From an uncultured Methylomirabilota bacterium (lineage in GTDB: Bacteria; Methylomirabilota; Methylomirabilia; Methylomirabilales; 2-02-FULL-66-22), in the NCBI GenBank assembly GCA_963845565.1, contig CAWJSJ010000001.1, forward strand, positions 960,001 to 1,024,000: a DNA stretch of 64,000 nt, given 5' to 3'. Of this stretch, positions 19,988 to 30,448 are shown in pieces. Each line of letters starts with the position of its first letter. Positions within the stretch are counted from its first letter, which is position 1. Below the pieces are notes generated by a model, which saw only the letters and a list, made by a program, of their open reading frames with translations, ran no database searches and was not told where the DNA came from. Made by a program: the position numbers and the translations under genes.

Positions 19988-21003
19988 GAGGGGACCACAC
20001 CCCCTTGGCGACCGTCTGCCGGCGCGTCCGCTTCGCCCGCACCATCGCCCGCGGGCGACCCGAAGTACAAGTACCGGTCCAGGGCCTTGTTGAATTGGGT
20101 CCACCCGGGGTGCTGCGGATCGGGATAGCGCGCGGAAAAGCTCAGGAACGAGTTGATCTTCCCGTCCAGGTTCTCCGCGTAATGCAGGACGATCGCTTCC
20201 AGCGTTTTTGGGCGTTTTGGTGACCCCCACTCCAGTTCGCCGTGATGGCTGAGAATGCAATGCAGCAGGCTGTTCGCCAGGTCGGCGGGAAAACCGGGGA
20301 TGGCGCGGATCCGCTCCTCCACCAACAGGACCCCCAGCGTGATATGCCCCAGCAGGCGCCCCGCATCCGTGTAATCGAACACCCGGTCCCAGCACAACTC
20401 CTGGATCTTTCCCAGGTCGTGGAGGATCGCCCCGGCGATAAGCAGATCCCGGTTGACCGGCCGGTAGTAGTCGGCCAGCAACTCGCACAGCCCCACCACG
20501 GATACGGTGTGTTCCAGGAGTCCTCCCAGCACCGCATGGTGGATCGCCTTCGCCGCCGGCGCGCTTGTCAGCGCCGTCCGCGTCGCGGGATCGGTCAACA
20601 GGTCCTGCAGCAGGCGTCGGAGGTGGGGCTGTCGGATGCTCTCCACCGCCGCCTCCAGAGCGGCCAGGAGCGCTGCGGGATCCCGATCGCTCCGGGGGAG
20701 ATAGTCCTCCGGAGCGATCTCCTCCTCCGTCGCTTTCCGCAAACGGCTCAGGGTGAGCTGAGGCGCCCCGTTGTAGGCCCCGAGAACCGCCTGCGCTTTC
20801 ACGATGTCGCCGTCGGTCAGCGCCCTGACCGCGTCATCGACCCCGTCCCACATCACCGCAGGAAGTTCGCCGGTCCGATCGGCCAGGATCAGCGTGAGGA
20901 AGGGCTCCCCGCTCCGCCGCTGACGGATCTGGATCTGTCGCGCCAGAAAGAACGAGGTTGCCGGTTGGCCGTCAAGCAGTTCGGTGATGAAGATCTTCGC
21001 CAT
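19984..21003 (-). CDS. yhaM: YhaM-family 3'-5' exoribonuclease (OB + HD)
   Basis: OB fold; PAAKAIHHA..GGLLEH, LHDLGK, GHI, HHG.LEWGSP. Confidence 0.88.
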   Translation of the reverse strand: MAKIFITELLDGQPATSFFLARQIQIRQRRSGEPFLTLILADRTGELPAVMWDGVDDAVRALTDGDIVKAQAVLGAYNGAPQLTLSRLRKATEEEIAPEDYLPRSDRDPAALLAALEAAVESIRQPHLRRLLQDLLTDPATRTALTSAPAAKAIHHAVLGGLLEHTVSVVGLCELLADYYRPVNRDLLIAGAILHDLGKIQELCWDRVFDYTDAGRLLGHITLGVLLVEERIRAIPGFPADLANSLLHCILSHHGELEWGSPKRPKTLEAIVLHYAENLDGKINSFLSFSARYPDPQHPGWTQFNKALDRYLYFGSPAGDGAGEADAPADGRQGGVVPS

Positions 21004-21066
21004 ACGGACCCCTGTGAGGCCGGCCGCCGCCGGCCCATCCGCCCCGGGCACCCAGAACGGTGCAGG

Positions 21067-21756
21067 TCAGCGTCGCGGTTCCACCAAGGGCACGAACCGC
21101 ACCGGCAGGACGACGCGCGTGACGAGCCGGCCGCCGACCTTGCGCCCCTGGATCAAATCCTGAGCTCGCGTTGAGGCGCCCACGGGGATGACCAGCCGAC
21201 CACCCTCCGCCAGCTGGGCTACCAGCGGCTCGGGGATGTGCGTCGCGCCCGCCGTCACGACGATCGCGTCGAACGGCGCCGCCTCAGGCCACCCGAGATA
21301 CCCGTCTCCCGCCCGGACCGCCACCCGCCCGTATCCGAGTGCCCGGAGCCGGGCGCCGGCACTGGCGGCCAGTCCGGGGAGGATCTCAATGGTGTACACC
21401 TGCCGCACGATCTCGGCCAGGACGGCGGCCTGGTACCCGGACCCCGTGCCCACCTCGAGCACGCGCTCCGCCCCGGCGAGCTCCGCGAGCGCGGTCATCA
21501 GCGCCACGATGTACGGCTGCGAGATCGTCTGACCTTCGTCAATGGGGAGGGCCCGGTCGCTGTAGGCCACCGCGGCCAGGGCGGACGGCACGAACCGATG
21601 GCGAGGAACGGTGCCCATGGCCCGCAGGACGGCTGGGTCGGCGATGTCCCGACCCTGCAGCTGCCGCTCGACCATCTGCTGGCGGGCCCGGGCGAACGCG
21701 ACGTCGTCGTCGATGGCGGCAACGGGACACGCGAGGAACAGCGCGCTCACCCCCAT
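21067..21756 (-). CDS. pcm: Protein-L-isoaspartate O-methyltransferase
   Basis: [44 protein letters not shown]; start uncertain. Confidence 0.93.
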   Translation of the reverse strand: MGVSALFLACPVAAIDDDVAFARARQQMVERQLQGRDIADPAVLRAMGTVPRHRFVPSALAAVAYSDRALPIDEGQTISQPYIVALMTALAELAGAERVLEVGTGSGYQAAVLAEIVRQVYTIEILPGLAASAGARLRALGYGRVAVRAGDGYLGWPEAAPFDAIVVTAGATHIPEPLVAQLAEGGRLVIPVGASTRAQDLIQGRKVGGRLVTRVVLPVRFVPLVEPRR

Positions 21757-21827
21757 CAGGGCTCGCGCGATCCACCCGCAGGTCCAGCGGGATCCCGCGC
21801 GGAGGCCCGTGGCCGTCCGAGCCGCTG

Positions 21828-23336
21828 TTACGCCGTGGACCGGATCTCGCTTTTCAGGATCTTGCCCGTCACCGTCCTGGGAAGGTCCGGGACCACGACG
21901 ATACTGCGCGGGACCTTGTAATTGGCCAGACGCTGTCGACACCATTGGAGGAGCTCCTGCGCCCCGGCCGCGTGTCCGTCCCGAAGGATCACGAACGCCT
22001 TGGGCGTTTCGCCCCGGATCGGGTCGGGCATGCCGACCACCGCTGCCTCCGACACCGCGGGATGCGCGCACAGCACCAGCTCGACTTCCCGGGGGTAGAC
22101 ATTCAGGCCGCCGACCAGGATCAGGTCCTTCTTGCGGTCCACGATGTAATAGTAGCCATCCGCGTCCGCCCGGCCCAGATCGCCGGTGTGGTACCAGCCG
22201 TCCCGCAGCGCCTCCGCGGTCTCCGCCGGCCGATTCAGGTACCCCCGCATCACGTTGGGTCCGCGCGCCACGATCTCGCCCACCGTGCCGGCCGGGACCG
22301 CCTCGCCCCGGTCGTCCACGACCCGCAGCTCCACCTGGGGGATAGGGGGGCCCACCGACCCGACCTTCCGCGCCCCGAAGGGCGGGTTCACCGTCAAGAC
22401 GGGGGCGCATTCGGTCGGGCCGTACCCTTCGTAGATCGGAATCCCGAACTGCGTCTCGAACGCTTCCACGACCGAGAGCGGCAGCGGCGCTCCGCCCGAG
22501 ACGCACAGCCGCCAGGCCGAGAAGTCGCCGGCCGGTCGCGGGGTCGCCGCCAGCACCGCATACATACTGGGCACACCGGCGAAGAGAGTCACCCGGTGCT
22601 GCGCGATGGCGCGCAGCACCGCCTCGGGAACGAAGCGGGGCTCCACCACGATCGTGGCGCCCAGGGAGAGGGGTTCGAGGAACAGGACGGTGGCCCCATA
22701 GGCGTGGAAGAGCGGCAGCACCGCCAGGAACACATCCTCCTCGGTGACGCGCAGCACCGCCCGGAAACTCTCCAGGTTGGCGATCAGATTCCGGTGTGAG
22801 AGCAGCGCGCCCTTGGGCCGTCCGGTGGTCCCCGAGGTGTAGAGGCAGACCGCCACGTCCTCCGACCCGAGCGCGGACACGTCGGCGCGCTGCGATTCCG
22901 CGGGCGCCCCCAGCAGCGTGTGGTCGCCGGGCTCGCCGTCAGCCGGCGCATCGAGCACCACGATCGGCACCGGCCGCGGCAGACCGCGCCGCGCCGCGCG
23001 GAGGATCGGCAGACTCGCCTGCAGGCAGACCAGGGCGGTCGCGCCGGAATCCTCCAGGACGTAGCGGACTTCGTCCTCCTTGAGGAGCGGATTCAAGGGC
23101 ACCACGGCGCCTCCGGCCATGAGCACCCCGAGATACCCCACCCCGAACTCCGGCAGGTTGGGACAGACCAGCACCGCGCGGTCCCCCACCCGGAGCCCGG
23201 CGCGCCGGAGGACGCCGCTCAGGGTGGCCGCCTGCTGCGCCAGCGCTCGATAGGTGAGGCGGCGCTCGCGAAAGATGATGGCCGGATGGTCGGGGACGCG
23301 GCCGGCGCTCGCGGCGAACAGGTCGAGCAGGGTCAT
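21828..23336 (-). CDS. Long-chain fatty acid-CoA ligase (FadD-like)
   Basis: [27 protein letters not shown]. Confidence 0.9.
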   Translation of the reverse strand: MTLLDLFAASAGRVPDHPAIIFRERRLTYRALAQQAATLSGVLRRAGLRVGDRAVLVCPNLPEFGVGYLGVLMAGGAVVPLNPLLKEDEVRYVLEDSGATALVCLQASLPILRAARRGLPRPVPIVVLDAPADGEPGDHTLLGAPAESQRADVSALGSEDVAVCLYTSGTTGRPKGALLSHRNLIANLESFRAVLRVTEEDVFLAVLPLFHAYGATVLFLEPLSLGATIVVEPRFVPEAVLRAIAQHRVTLFAGVPSMYAVLAATPRPAGDFSAWRLCVSGGAPLPLSVVEAFETQFGIPIYEGYGPTECAPVLTVNPPFGARKVGSVGPPIPQVELRVVDDRGEAVPAGTVGEIVARGPNVMRGYLNRPAETAEALRDGWYHTGDLGRADADGYYYIVDRKKDLILVGGLNVYPREVELVLCAHPAVSEAAVVGMPDPIRGETPKAFVILRDGHAAGAQELLQWCRQRLANYKVPRSIVVVPDLPRTVTGKILKSEIRSTA

Positions 23337-23387
23337 GGGTGCCTCACCGGCGGCGCCGGGAACCGAGCCCGCGGCGGCCATCGCGCG

Positions 23388-24374
23388 TCAGACCTCGGGA
23401 TGCGTATCCAGCGCCCCAATGAATGCCTGGGTCAGCGATTGGTCGAATTGCGTGCCGCTGTGTTCCTGCAACTCGCGAATCGCCGCCTCGCGCCCGAGGC
23501 TCCGTCGGTAGCTCCGATCGGCCACCATGGCCTCGAACGAATCGGCAATCAGGATGATCCGCGACGCCAGCGGAATCGCCGTGCCCCGCAATCCGTCCGG
23601 GTACCCGCGGCCGTCCACCCGTTCGTGGTGATGCCGGATCACGTCCGCCACCTGGCCGAATTCCTCGATCTCCCCCACGATCTCGGCCCCCTTGGCCGGG
23701 TGCTCCTTCATGACGGCGAACTCCTTCGGGGAGAGCGGCGCGGGTTTGATCAGGATGGAATCCGGCACGCCGATCTTGCCGACGTCGTGCATCCAGGCGG
23801 ACAGCTCCAGGATGTATCGCTCTTCGCTGGACAGCTGGATGGCGTCCGCCAAGAGCAGGGACAGACGCGTCACCCGGCGCGAGTGGCGCGCCGTGTACGG
23901 ATCCTTGGCGTCCACCGCCGAGGCCAGGGCCTTGATCGCCTCGAACAGCACCTGCGCCCCCCGCTCTCGGAGGCGGGCCACCTCCAGTCGACGGCGCGTC
24001 AGATTCCGCTCGATCAGGATCGGCAGCTCGCGAATGTTCACCGGCTTCGTGACGAAGTCGCTGGCCCCTCGCTGGAGTGAGTCCTTGGCGAGCTCCACGT
24101 CCGTATGCCCGGTCAGGACGACGATGGGCATATCGGGGTGCATCCGGGACACCGCATCGGTCAGCTCCAGCCCGGACAGCCCTGGCATCGTCTGGTCGGT
24201 CAACAGCAGATCGAAGTGTTGGGTCCGCAGCAGATCCAGGGCCTCCCCGCCCGAGGAGGCGGCGATCACCTCGTACCCGCTCATGTGCAGGCACTTGACC
24301 AGGGCCAGCCGCATGGCTTCCATGTCGTCCACCACCAAAACACGCGACGCCTGGCCTTCCGACTCGTGAGTCAT
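23388..24374 (-). CDS. REC + HD-GYP response regulator (RpfG family c-di-GMP phosphodiesterase)
   Basis: Receiver domain; HDVGK, HHERVDGRGYPDGL. Confidence 0.92.
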   Translation of the reverse strand: MTHESEGQASRVLVVDDMEAMRLALVKCLHMSGYEVIAASSGGEALDLLRTQHFDLLLTDQTMPGLSGLELTDAVSRMHPDMPIVVLTGHTDVELAKDSLQRGASDFVTKPVNIRELPILIERNLTRRRLEVARLRERGAQVLFEAIKALASAVDAKDPYTARHSRRVTRLSLLLADAIQLSSEERYILELSAWMHDVGKIGVPDSILIKPAPLSPKEFAVMKEHPAKGAEIVGEIEEFGQVADVIRHHHERVDGRGYPDGLRGTAIPLASRIILIADSFEAMVADRSYRRSLGREAAIRELQEHSGTQFDQSLTQAFIGALDTHPEV

Positions 24375-24404
24375 GGACGATCCCGATCCTCTCCCGACCC
24401 GCGC

Positions 24405-25262
24405 TCAGTTCAAGAATTCCTTCAGGTGTCTGGTGCGCGCCAGTTGGGTCAGCTTCTGTTTGGCCCGCGCCTCGATCTGGCGCACCCGCTCGCGGGACAA
24501 CTTCATCCGCCGCCCGACTTCTTCCAACGTCTGCGACTCCTCCCGCCCCAGACCGAAGCGCAGTTCGATCACCTCCCGCTCCCGGGGCTTCAGGTGGCCG
24601 AGCATGCGCTCCACTTCCTCCCGGAAGGCGTGCCGGATGAGCTCTTGGTCCGCCGAGGGAATCGCGCTGGTTTGCGCCAACTCCAACCCGAGCGAATCGC
24701 TGCCCTCGCCGTCCGTGGCGAGGGAAGCCTGCGCCCCGGCACCTCGCAGAATCTCCTCCATCTCGCCCGGATCCAAATCCAGCGCTTCCTCCACGGACTC
24801 GTTGCTCGGCTCCGCTTGCGTGGCCTGCGTCAGGTCGGCCCGCACCTCGCGGATCTTGGAGGCCAGCCGCGCCTTTCGGATCGGAAGGCGGACGGCACCG
24901 CCGCCAACCGCCAGCGCCTGCATGATGGCCTGGCGAATCCACCAGACCGCATAGGTGATGAACTTCACCCCGCGGTCCGGGCTGTAACGGCGGGCCGCCT
25001 CCAGGAGGCCCAGGTTGCCTTCGTTGATCAGGTCCAACAGGGACAGCCCGCACCCCTGGTAGCGCATGGCGACTTTGACCACGAAGCGCAGATTGGCCTC
25101 CACGAGCTTCCGGAATGCGCGCTCGTCGCCTTGCCGGATCTCGGCGCCCAGCACCTGCTCGTCTTCCCGGCTGAGCAGCGGGATGCGCACGATGCGGCGG
25201 AGATAGGCGGCCAGCGTGTCGTCCCGGATCTCTTCGTAGAACGAGCCGCTGCGTCGCGGCAT
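24405..25262 (-). CDS. Alternative sigma70-family factor (RpoD/RpoS-like, lacking region 1.1)
   Basis: LVEANLRFVV, DLINEGNLGL, KFITYAVWWIRQ, TLEEVG..SRERVRQIE. Confidence 0.92.
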   Translation of the reverse strand: MPRRSGSFYEEIRDDTLAAYLRRIVRIPLLSREDEQVLGAEIRQGDERAFRKLVEANLRFVVKVAMRYQGCGLSLLDLINEGNLGLLEAARRYSPDRGVKFITYAVWWIRQAIMQALAVGGGAVRLPIRKARLASKIREVRADLTQATQAEPSNESVEEALDLDPGEMEEILRGAGAQASLATDGEGSDSLGLELAQTSAIPSADQELIRHAFREEVERMLGHLKPREREVIELRFGLGREESQTLEEVGRRMKLSRERVRQIEARAKQKLTQLARTRHLKEFLN

Positions 25263-25293
25263 GACGCCTCCTCGCGCGGCGAACCAGTACGGC

Positions 25294-26757
25294 TTAGGGC
25301 TGCTTCGGGGTCAGCACGACGAACCGCGAATTCCCCTCCCGCTGCACCAGCAGCAACAGATTGCTGCCGCGCTTCATCTGGCTCAGCAGCCGGGTGAACT
25401 CCTGGACGCTGCGCACCCGCTCGCGGTTTGCTTCCGCGATGATGTCCCCGGGCCGCATACCCGCACGAACCGCCGGGCCTCCCTCCTCCACGCCCGACAC
25501 CACCACCCCGCTTCCCGCGGGGACCTTCAACTGCTCGCGCAGTTCGGGCGTCAGGTCCTGGACGCTGAAGCCGAACCGGTCGGCGTTCTCCTCCGGCGCG
25601 CTCCCCGTCGCGACCGCCGCAGGCTCGGAGGGCTGTTCGCCCAAGACGACGGTCACCGTCAGCGGCTGCTTCTCGCGCAACACCTTCAAGGTGGCGGGCG
25701 CGTTGATGGGACTCTGGGCGACCTCGCGCTGCAACTGACGCACGTTCGCGATCTTGGCGGCGTTGAACTGCAGGATGATGTCGCCGGTCCTGAGACCGCC
25801 CTTCTCCGCAGGGCTGTCCTTCATGACGTTGCCGACCAGGACCCCGTCGTCCGGCTTCACCCCGAACTGGGCTGCGAGTTCCTCGGTCAACTCCTGGATA
25901 CCGATCCCCAGCCAGCCGCGCACGACCCGACCCTGCGCGATGAGGCGGTCCGTGATCTCCCGGGCCATGTTGATCGGGATGGCGAAGCCGATCCCCTTCC
26001 CCGAAGCCACGATGGCGGTGTTGATTCCGATCACTTCACCCGCCATGTTGACGAGCGGTCCGCCGGAATTCCCCGGATTGATGGAGGCGTCCGTCTGGAT
26101 GAAATCCTCGTACGTGGTGATGCCGACCTCCGAGCGGCCGATCGCGCTCACCACCCCGACGGTCACGGTTTGATCGAGCCCAAACGGGTTGCCGATGGCC
26201 ATCACCCACTCCGCGATCCGGACCTTCCCCGAGTCGCCCAGCTTGGCGACCGGCAAGTCCCCCGTCGCATCCACCTTGATGACGGCCAGATCCGTCTTGG
26301 GATCCCTCCCCACCACGGTGGCCTTGAACTTGCGCTTGTCCGACACCTGGACTTCGATCTCGTCCGCCTGCTCGACCACGTGATTGTTGGTGAGGATGAA
26401 GCCGCGCTTGTCGACGATCACGCCCGACCCCAGGCTGTGCCGCTCGCGCTGAGGCTGCTCGCCGAAGAAACGCTCGAGGAACTCCTCACCGAAGAACTCC
26501 CGGAACGGCCCCCGGAACTGGGGTGGTACCTGCCCGCGCCGACCTTCGGGCGCTCGCGGCTTTTGCGTCGTGGCGATGTTGACCACCGACGGCTTCGCCG
26601 CCTGCGCCACCTGGACGAATGCGTCCTGCAGGCTCTGGAGGGCGCTCCGCGCCTCCTGGGCGACCGCGGGTGCGGCGGGAACGAGTAGACAGCAGAACAG
26701 AAAGCTTGTCAGAATCCGGCAGGCGGCCGGTGTGACGTGACGTGTACGCTGTTTCAC
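25294..26757 (-). CDS. HtrA/DegQ serine protease with two PDZ domains
   Basis: Signal peptide; GSG, TNNHV, DLAV, INPGNSGGPL. Confidence 0.95.
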   Translation of the reverse strand: MKQRTRHVTPAACRILTSFLFCCLLVPAAPAVAQEARSALQSLQDAFVQVAQAAKPSVVNIATTQKPRAPEGRRGQVPPQFRGPFREFFGEEFLERFFGEQPQRERHSLGSGVIVDKRGFILTNNHVVEQADEIEVQVSDKRKFKATVVGRDPKTDLAVIKVDATGDLPVAKLGDSGKVRIAEWVMAIGNPFGLDQTVTVGVVSAIGRSEVGITTYEDFIQTDASINPGNSGGPLVNMAGEVIGINTAIVASGKGIGFAIPINMAREITDRLIAQGRVVRGWLGIGIQELTEELAAQFGVKPDDGVLVGNVMKDSPAEKGGLRTGDIILQFNAAKIANVRQLQREVAQSPINAPATLKVLREKQPLTVTVVLGEQPSEPAAVATGSAPEENADRFGFSVQDLTPELREQLKVPAGSGVVVSGVEEGGPAVRAGMRPGDIIAEANRERVRSVQEFTRLLSQMKRGSNLLLLVQREGNSRFVVLTPKQP

Positions 26758-26805
26758 GGATGGTCCTCCCTGAACCTCGGCGGCGGGTGCCGCGCTGAAG
26801 AATTC

Positions 26806-26834
26806 CTTCTAACACATGCCCCGGCGAGTGTCAA
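26806..26834 (-). promoter_or_regulatory. sigma70-type promoter of degQ
   Basis: TTGACA-17-TAGAAG with extended TG. Confidence 0.55.
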
Positions 26835-27667
26835 ACCGGCGTCCGTCGCCGACTTGAAGGCTTCTGAGAGCGCCGCAGGCACACGGGGTCTCCGATGCGC
26901 ACCTGCCGGTCGCGGGCGAGATTCCCTCGGTTGCAGAATAGCTCGAGGTAGGCCGCGCTCCCGACGAGCGCGCCGGCCTCTCCGGCCCCAACCTCGGAAA
27001 ACGTCCCGACGAGACGGCCGAGCGGGCGCCCCCCGACCCATACCTGGAGTGGCCCACCCCGCTCCGTCGTCGTGTCGGGGACGAGATCGCGGGGGATGTT
27101 CGTGAGGCAATTCCCGAATCGATCCACCCAGACCACCTCGCCCTGGACCCGGCCGGCGGTATCGACGCGCGGCTGCGGGATCTCCAGGCGAACGGGATCG
27201 GCGAGGGGTGGCCCGAAACAATCCGGGGACACGCCGGCGGCCAGATGGCCGGCGACCGGCGCGAAGACGTCTCGTCCGTGAAACGACGTGCTGACCGGAT
27301 GCCGCCAGAACGCTTCGACGGACAGCCTTCTGACCGCACAGCGCCCCGCGGCGGCCAAGGGATAACTCAACACCCCGTTGTCCGGACCGACGAAGACCTG
27401 CCCGTCGATCTCGGCCAAGATCGGGCGGCGCGCGCCACCGACCCCCGGATCCACCACCGCCACATGAATCGTCCCTGCAGGAAAGGCTCCCACCGCCGTG
27501 TGGAGGAGGAAGCTGCCGCCGACGATGTCATGAGGCGGAACCTCGTGGCAGAGATCCACCAGGGCCGCATCGGGACAGATGCCGAGCACCACGCCCTTCA
27601 TGATGCCCACGAAGGGATCCTGCGTACCGAAATCGGTCAGGAACGTCACGATCGGTCGCGCCTGCAC
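26831..27667 (-). CDS. SAM hydroxide adenosyltransferase (DUF62 / SAM-dependent halogenase family)
   Basis: TDFG, HVAVVDPGVG..RR, GPDNG, STSFHGRDVFAP, DRFGN. Confidence 0.9.
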   Translation of the reverse strand: MQARPIVTFLTDFGTQDPFVGIMKGVVLGICPDAALVDLCHEVPPHDIVGGSFLLHTAVGAFPAGTIHVAVVDPGVGGARRPILAEIDGQVFVGPDNGVLSYPLAAAGRCAVRRLSVEAFWRHPVSTSFHGRDVFAPVAGHLAAGVSPDCFGPPLADPVRLEIPQPRVDTAGRVQGEVVWVDRFGNCLTNIPRDLVPDTTTERGGPLQVWVGGRPLGRLVGTFSEVGAGEAGALVGSAAYLELFCNRGNLARDRQVRIGDPVCLRRSQKPSSRRRTPV

Positions 27668-27754
27668 AGTATCCTGGCGTTGCGGCCACCCGGACGCGGA
27701 AGCGTCATCGGGCCCTCCGGCGGCCGCTCGTGCGCGTCCCGATACGCTTTTCGA

Positions 27755-27783
27755 TTGACTATTCCGTTCAGAGCGATTATAAA
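27755..27783 (+). promoter_or_regulatory. sigma70 promoter of tRNA-Leu
   Basis: TTGACT-17-TATAAA. Confidence 0.7.
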
Positions 27784-27793
27784 AAACCCCGTT

Positions 27794-27880
27794 GCCGAAG
27801 TGGCGGAACTGGTAGACGCGCTACGTTCAGGGCGTAGTGAGGGTATCCTCATGGGGGTTCGAGTCCCCCCTTCGGCACCA
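27794..27880 (+). tRNA. tRNA-Leu (CAG)
   Basis: 87 nt; GCCGAAG/CTTCGGC acceptor stem, CTACG-TTCAGGG-CGTAG anticodon arm, long variable arm, GTTCGAGTC, CCA. Confidence 0.97.
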
Positions 27881-27970
27881 ACCACCCTGTGTCCCCCGAC
27901 GAGACCGTTCGCGCACGCATTCCTCGACGAGTCCCCCGGGTCCGCAGCCAGTCGCCAGGCCAGCCACGCG

Positions 27971-28813
27971 TCACTGCAACCGATCGGCGAAGAGTTCCGT
28001 CGTCGCGCCTTTCTCGAACTCCAGCATCGTCGTCATCAAGGCATCCCGCTGTTTCTGCTTGGCCAGCATCTCCCGCAGCTTGTCTTTCACCTCGTCGTAG
28101 ACCTGGACGGTGGTCCCGTGCGGCCCGCCCTTGATGAGGTGGTACCCGTATTGCGTCTTCACCACCCCGCTGACCTCGCCCTCTTTCAAGGCGAAGGCCG
28201 CCGTTTCAAATTCCGGCTCCGTCTGCCCGCGGATCAGCACCCCCAGCTCCCCACCCTTCTCCGCGCTTCCGGTGTCCTGCGATTTCTCTTTCGCCAGCTC
28301 CGCGAACGACTTCCCGGCCTTGAGTTCCGCCTGGAGCGCCTCGGCCTCGGCCTCGGTCTTCACCATGATATGGCTGGCGCCCACGGTGTCTGTGGTGAAG
28401 AGCGGTTTGTTATCCTCGTAGGCCTTCTTGATGTCCTCGTCGGTGACCTGACTCAGCGCGTCCACCTTCCGCCGCAGGAGTTCCTCGATCACGACCTGGC
28501 GCTTCGCGACCTCCACACGCCGCTTGACCACGGCCTCTTGGTCCACCTGCTGGGCTGTCGCCGCCTGGAACAGAATCTCCTCCCGCACCAACGCGCGCAG
28601 GATCTCCCCGTATCGCTCTGGGGGGATCGGGCCGCGCTCTTGTTCCAGCATCCCGAGCCGCACCTTGAAATCGTCGTACGTCAGGTCCACCTGATTCACC
28701 CGCGCGACGACCCGGCCACCCTCCGGCTGCCCCTCGGGCGCCGCCGCCTGCCCGGCGGTCACCCACACCGCCACCGCCAGCAGGCTGATTCCAACACGCA
28801 TCCCGCCTCGCAT
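27971..28813 (-). CDS. Exported parvulin-type peptidyl-prolyl isomerase (PpiC/PrsA-like)
   Basis: Signal peptide; ASHIMV, FAELAKEKSQD.GS..KGGELG, GYHLIK. Confidence 0.9.
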   Translation of the reverse strand: MRGGMRVGISLLAVAVWVTAGQAAAPEGQPEGGRVVARVNQVDLTYDDFKVRLGMLEQERGPIPPERYGEILRALVREEILFQAATAQQVDQEAVVKRRVEVAKRQVVIEELLRRKVDALSQVTDEDIKKAYEDNKPLFTTDTVGASHIMVKTEAEAEALQAELKAGKSFAELAKEKSQDTGSAEKGGELGVLIRGQTEPEFETAAFALKEGEVSGVVKTQYGYHLIKGGPHGTTVQVYDEVKDKLREMLAKQKQRDALMTTMLEFEKGATTELFADRLQ

Positions 28814-29008
28814 CACCGCCTCGCTTTCTCGCCTGTGCGCGGGCCGAACCTGTCCCGGCCCGAAATCCCTAGCAGCCGCGCCTGGTGTCTTGACCTCCAC
28901 GAGTCGCCACCCTGGAAACGGGTCCGCGCCGGCCGCAGGGGTTCAGGGCCGGTCCGTCGCCGCACCCAGTGCCGGGGTGGCCCGGCTCGGGCGTTCTCCA
29001 TCAACTGC

Positions 29009-29037
29009 AGCGTACAATACGAGGAAAGAGGCGTCAA
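29009..29037 (-). promoter_or_regulatory. sigma70 promoter of the PPIase gene
   Basis: TTGACG-17-TACGCT. Confidence 0.55.
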
Positions 29038-29113
29038 CCGCGCAGGTCGCCCATTCCCGCGCCCGGACCGGGACGGGCGGGTTGCGCGCTCCGTCGGATG
29101 GGAAGGGATCCGC

Positions 29114-30139
29114 TCAGGTGTGCCGCACTTCGGACGATCCGAGAGCGCCCCGGAGTCGTTCCGCGGCCAGCTCCGGCGGGACCGGGTTGATCAGAATGCC
29201 GGTACCCCATTCGGGCCCCAGCAGGTGGGGCGGGTGCGGGACCACCTCGAGATGCCAGTGATACTCCTCCCGGGCGAACTCCGCGAGGGGAGACGAATGC
29301 AATACCAGCGTGAAGGGCGGATCCTGCAACACCTCGCGGAGGCCCCCCAGCACGCGCGGGAGGAGGCGGGCCAGGTCGCGGCGCACCCCCGAGGGGGCGG
29401 TGCCGAAATCGTGGGCGTGGTCGACGGGAACGATCCAACACTCGAAGGGGAAGCGCGACGCGAAGGGGGCGAAGGCCAGGACGCCGTCCTCGCGCAAGAC
29501 AATGCGCCGCCCGTCCCGCTGTTCCTGCTTGACCATGTCGCACAACACGCAGCGCTCTTTCCAGCGCGCGTAATCCCCGAATCCCTTCAACTCCTCTTCG
29601 ATCACCCGCGGCACGAACGGGCTGGCCATGATGTGCGAGTGCGGATGCTGGAACACACTCGCCGGCAAGCCGTAGTTCTTGACCCACATGACCTGGCGGA
29701 ACCGCAGATCGTTGCGCAGGTCGAGGCACCGCTGCTGGCACACGCGGAGGATGCGATCGAGATGAAGCGCCTCCACGTCCGCCCAGTGACGCGCATGGTC
29801 TGCCGTTTCGATCAGGATCTCATGGGCGCCCACGGCATTCATGCTGTCGTACATCCCTTCGGCGTGTTTCTCCAGGCCTCCCTCGATGCGAAAGATCGGG
29901 TAGCGATCCGCCACCACGCGCACCGACCAGCCGGGCCGGTTGGCCGCCGTGCCCGCCTCGCGCTCCACGTAGATCTCGGCCCCCGTCTGGCTCTCGTTCC
30001 CCGGACAGAAGGGGCACGCCTCGGGCGGAAGCGCCGTCGGTCGCGAAACCGGTCCCGGCGCGGGCAGATCCGCCCGCTCGGGCGAGATCACGACCCAGCG
30101 CTGCGTCACCGGGTCCTTGCGTAGCTGCGGCCGACTCAC
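29114..30139 (-). CDS. GalT-family nucleotidyltransferase with atypical HPHSH motif
   Basis: LRKDPVT..WV, CPFCPGNE, GAHEILIET, FPFE.W..P, YHWHLE, INPVPPE. Confidence 0.85.
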   Translation of the reverse strand: MSRPQLRKDPVTQRWVVISPERADLPAPGPVSRPTALPPEACPFCPGNESQTGAEIYVEREAGTAANRPGWSVRVVADRYPIFRIEGGLEKHAEGMYDSMNAVGAHEILIETADHARHWADVEALHLDRILRVCQQRCLDLRNDLRFRQVMWVKNYGLPASVFQHPHSHIMASPFVPRVIEEELKGFGDYARWKERCVLCDMVKQEQRDGRRIVLREDGVLAFAPFASRFPFECWIVPVDHAHDFGTAPSGVRRDLARLLPRVLGGLREVLQDPPFTLVLHSSPLAEFAREEYHWHLEVVPHPPHLLGPEWGTGILINPVPPELAAERLRGALGSSEVRHT

Positions 30140-30417
30140 GCGCGCCTCCCCCGGCCGCGTGCCCCCGCGGGGCCGTTCACCGCCGCTTCCACCACCACGT
30201 TGGTGGTGGTCTTCAGCACCCCTGGAAGCCGGTGAATGCGCTGGCTGATCAGGTCCCCCAGCACGCTCAGACTCGCCGCCTGCACGAACGCGATCACGTC
30301 GTACGCGCCGGTGACGGCATGGGCCATCTCGACGCCCGGCAGCTTCGCCAGCGCCTCGGCGACCTGCGTTGCCCGGCCCAGGGTCGACTCGACAAACACA
30401 AAAGCGCGGATCGCCAT
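30136..30417 (-). CDS. Stand-alone Lrp/AsnC ligand-binding (RAM) domain protein
   Basis: AFVFV...VTGAYDVIA...I..LPGV..TTT; no HTH. Confidence 0.85.
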   Translation of the reverse strand: MAIRAFVFVESTLGRATQVAEALAKLPGVEMAHAVTGAYDVIAFVQAASLSVLGDLISQRIHRLPGVLKTTTNVVVEAAVNGPAGARGRGRRA

Positions 30418-30448
30418 CGTCCGTCCCTCCCGGTCCTCCCGGCGCGCG

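Noticed and set aside
26831..27667. Fluorinase/chlorinase
   Set aside because: Retains the DPGVG, Arg and FHGRD residues of DUF62 SAM hydrolases; no secondary-metabolite context
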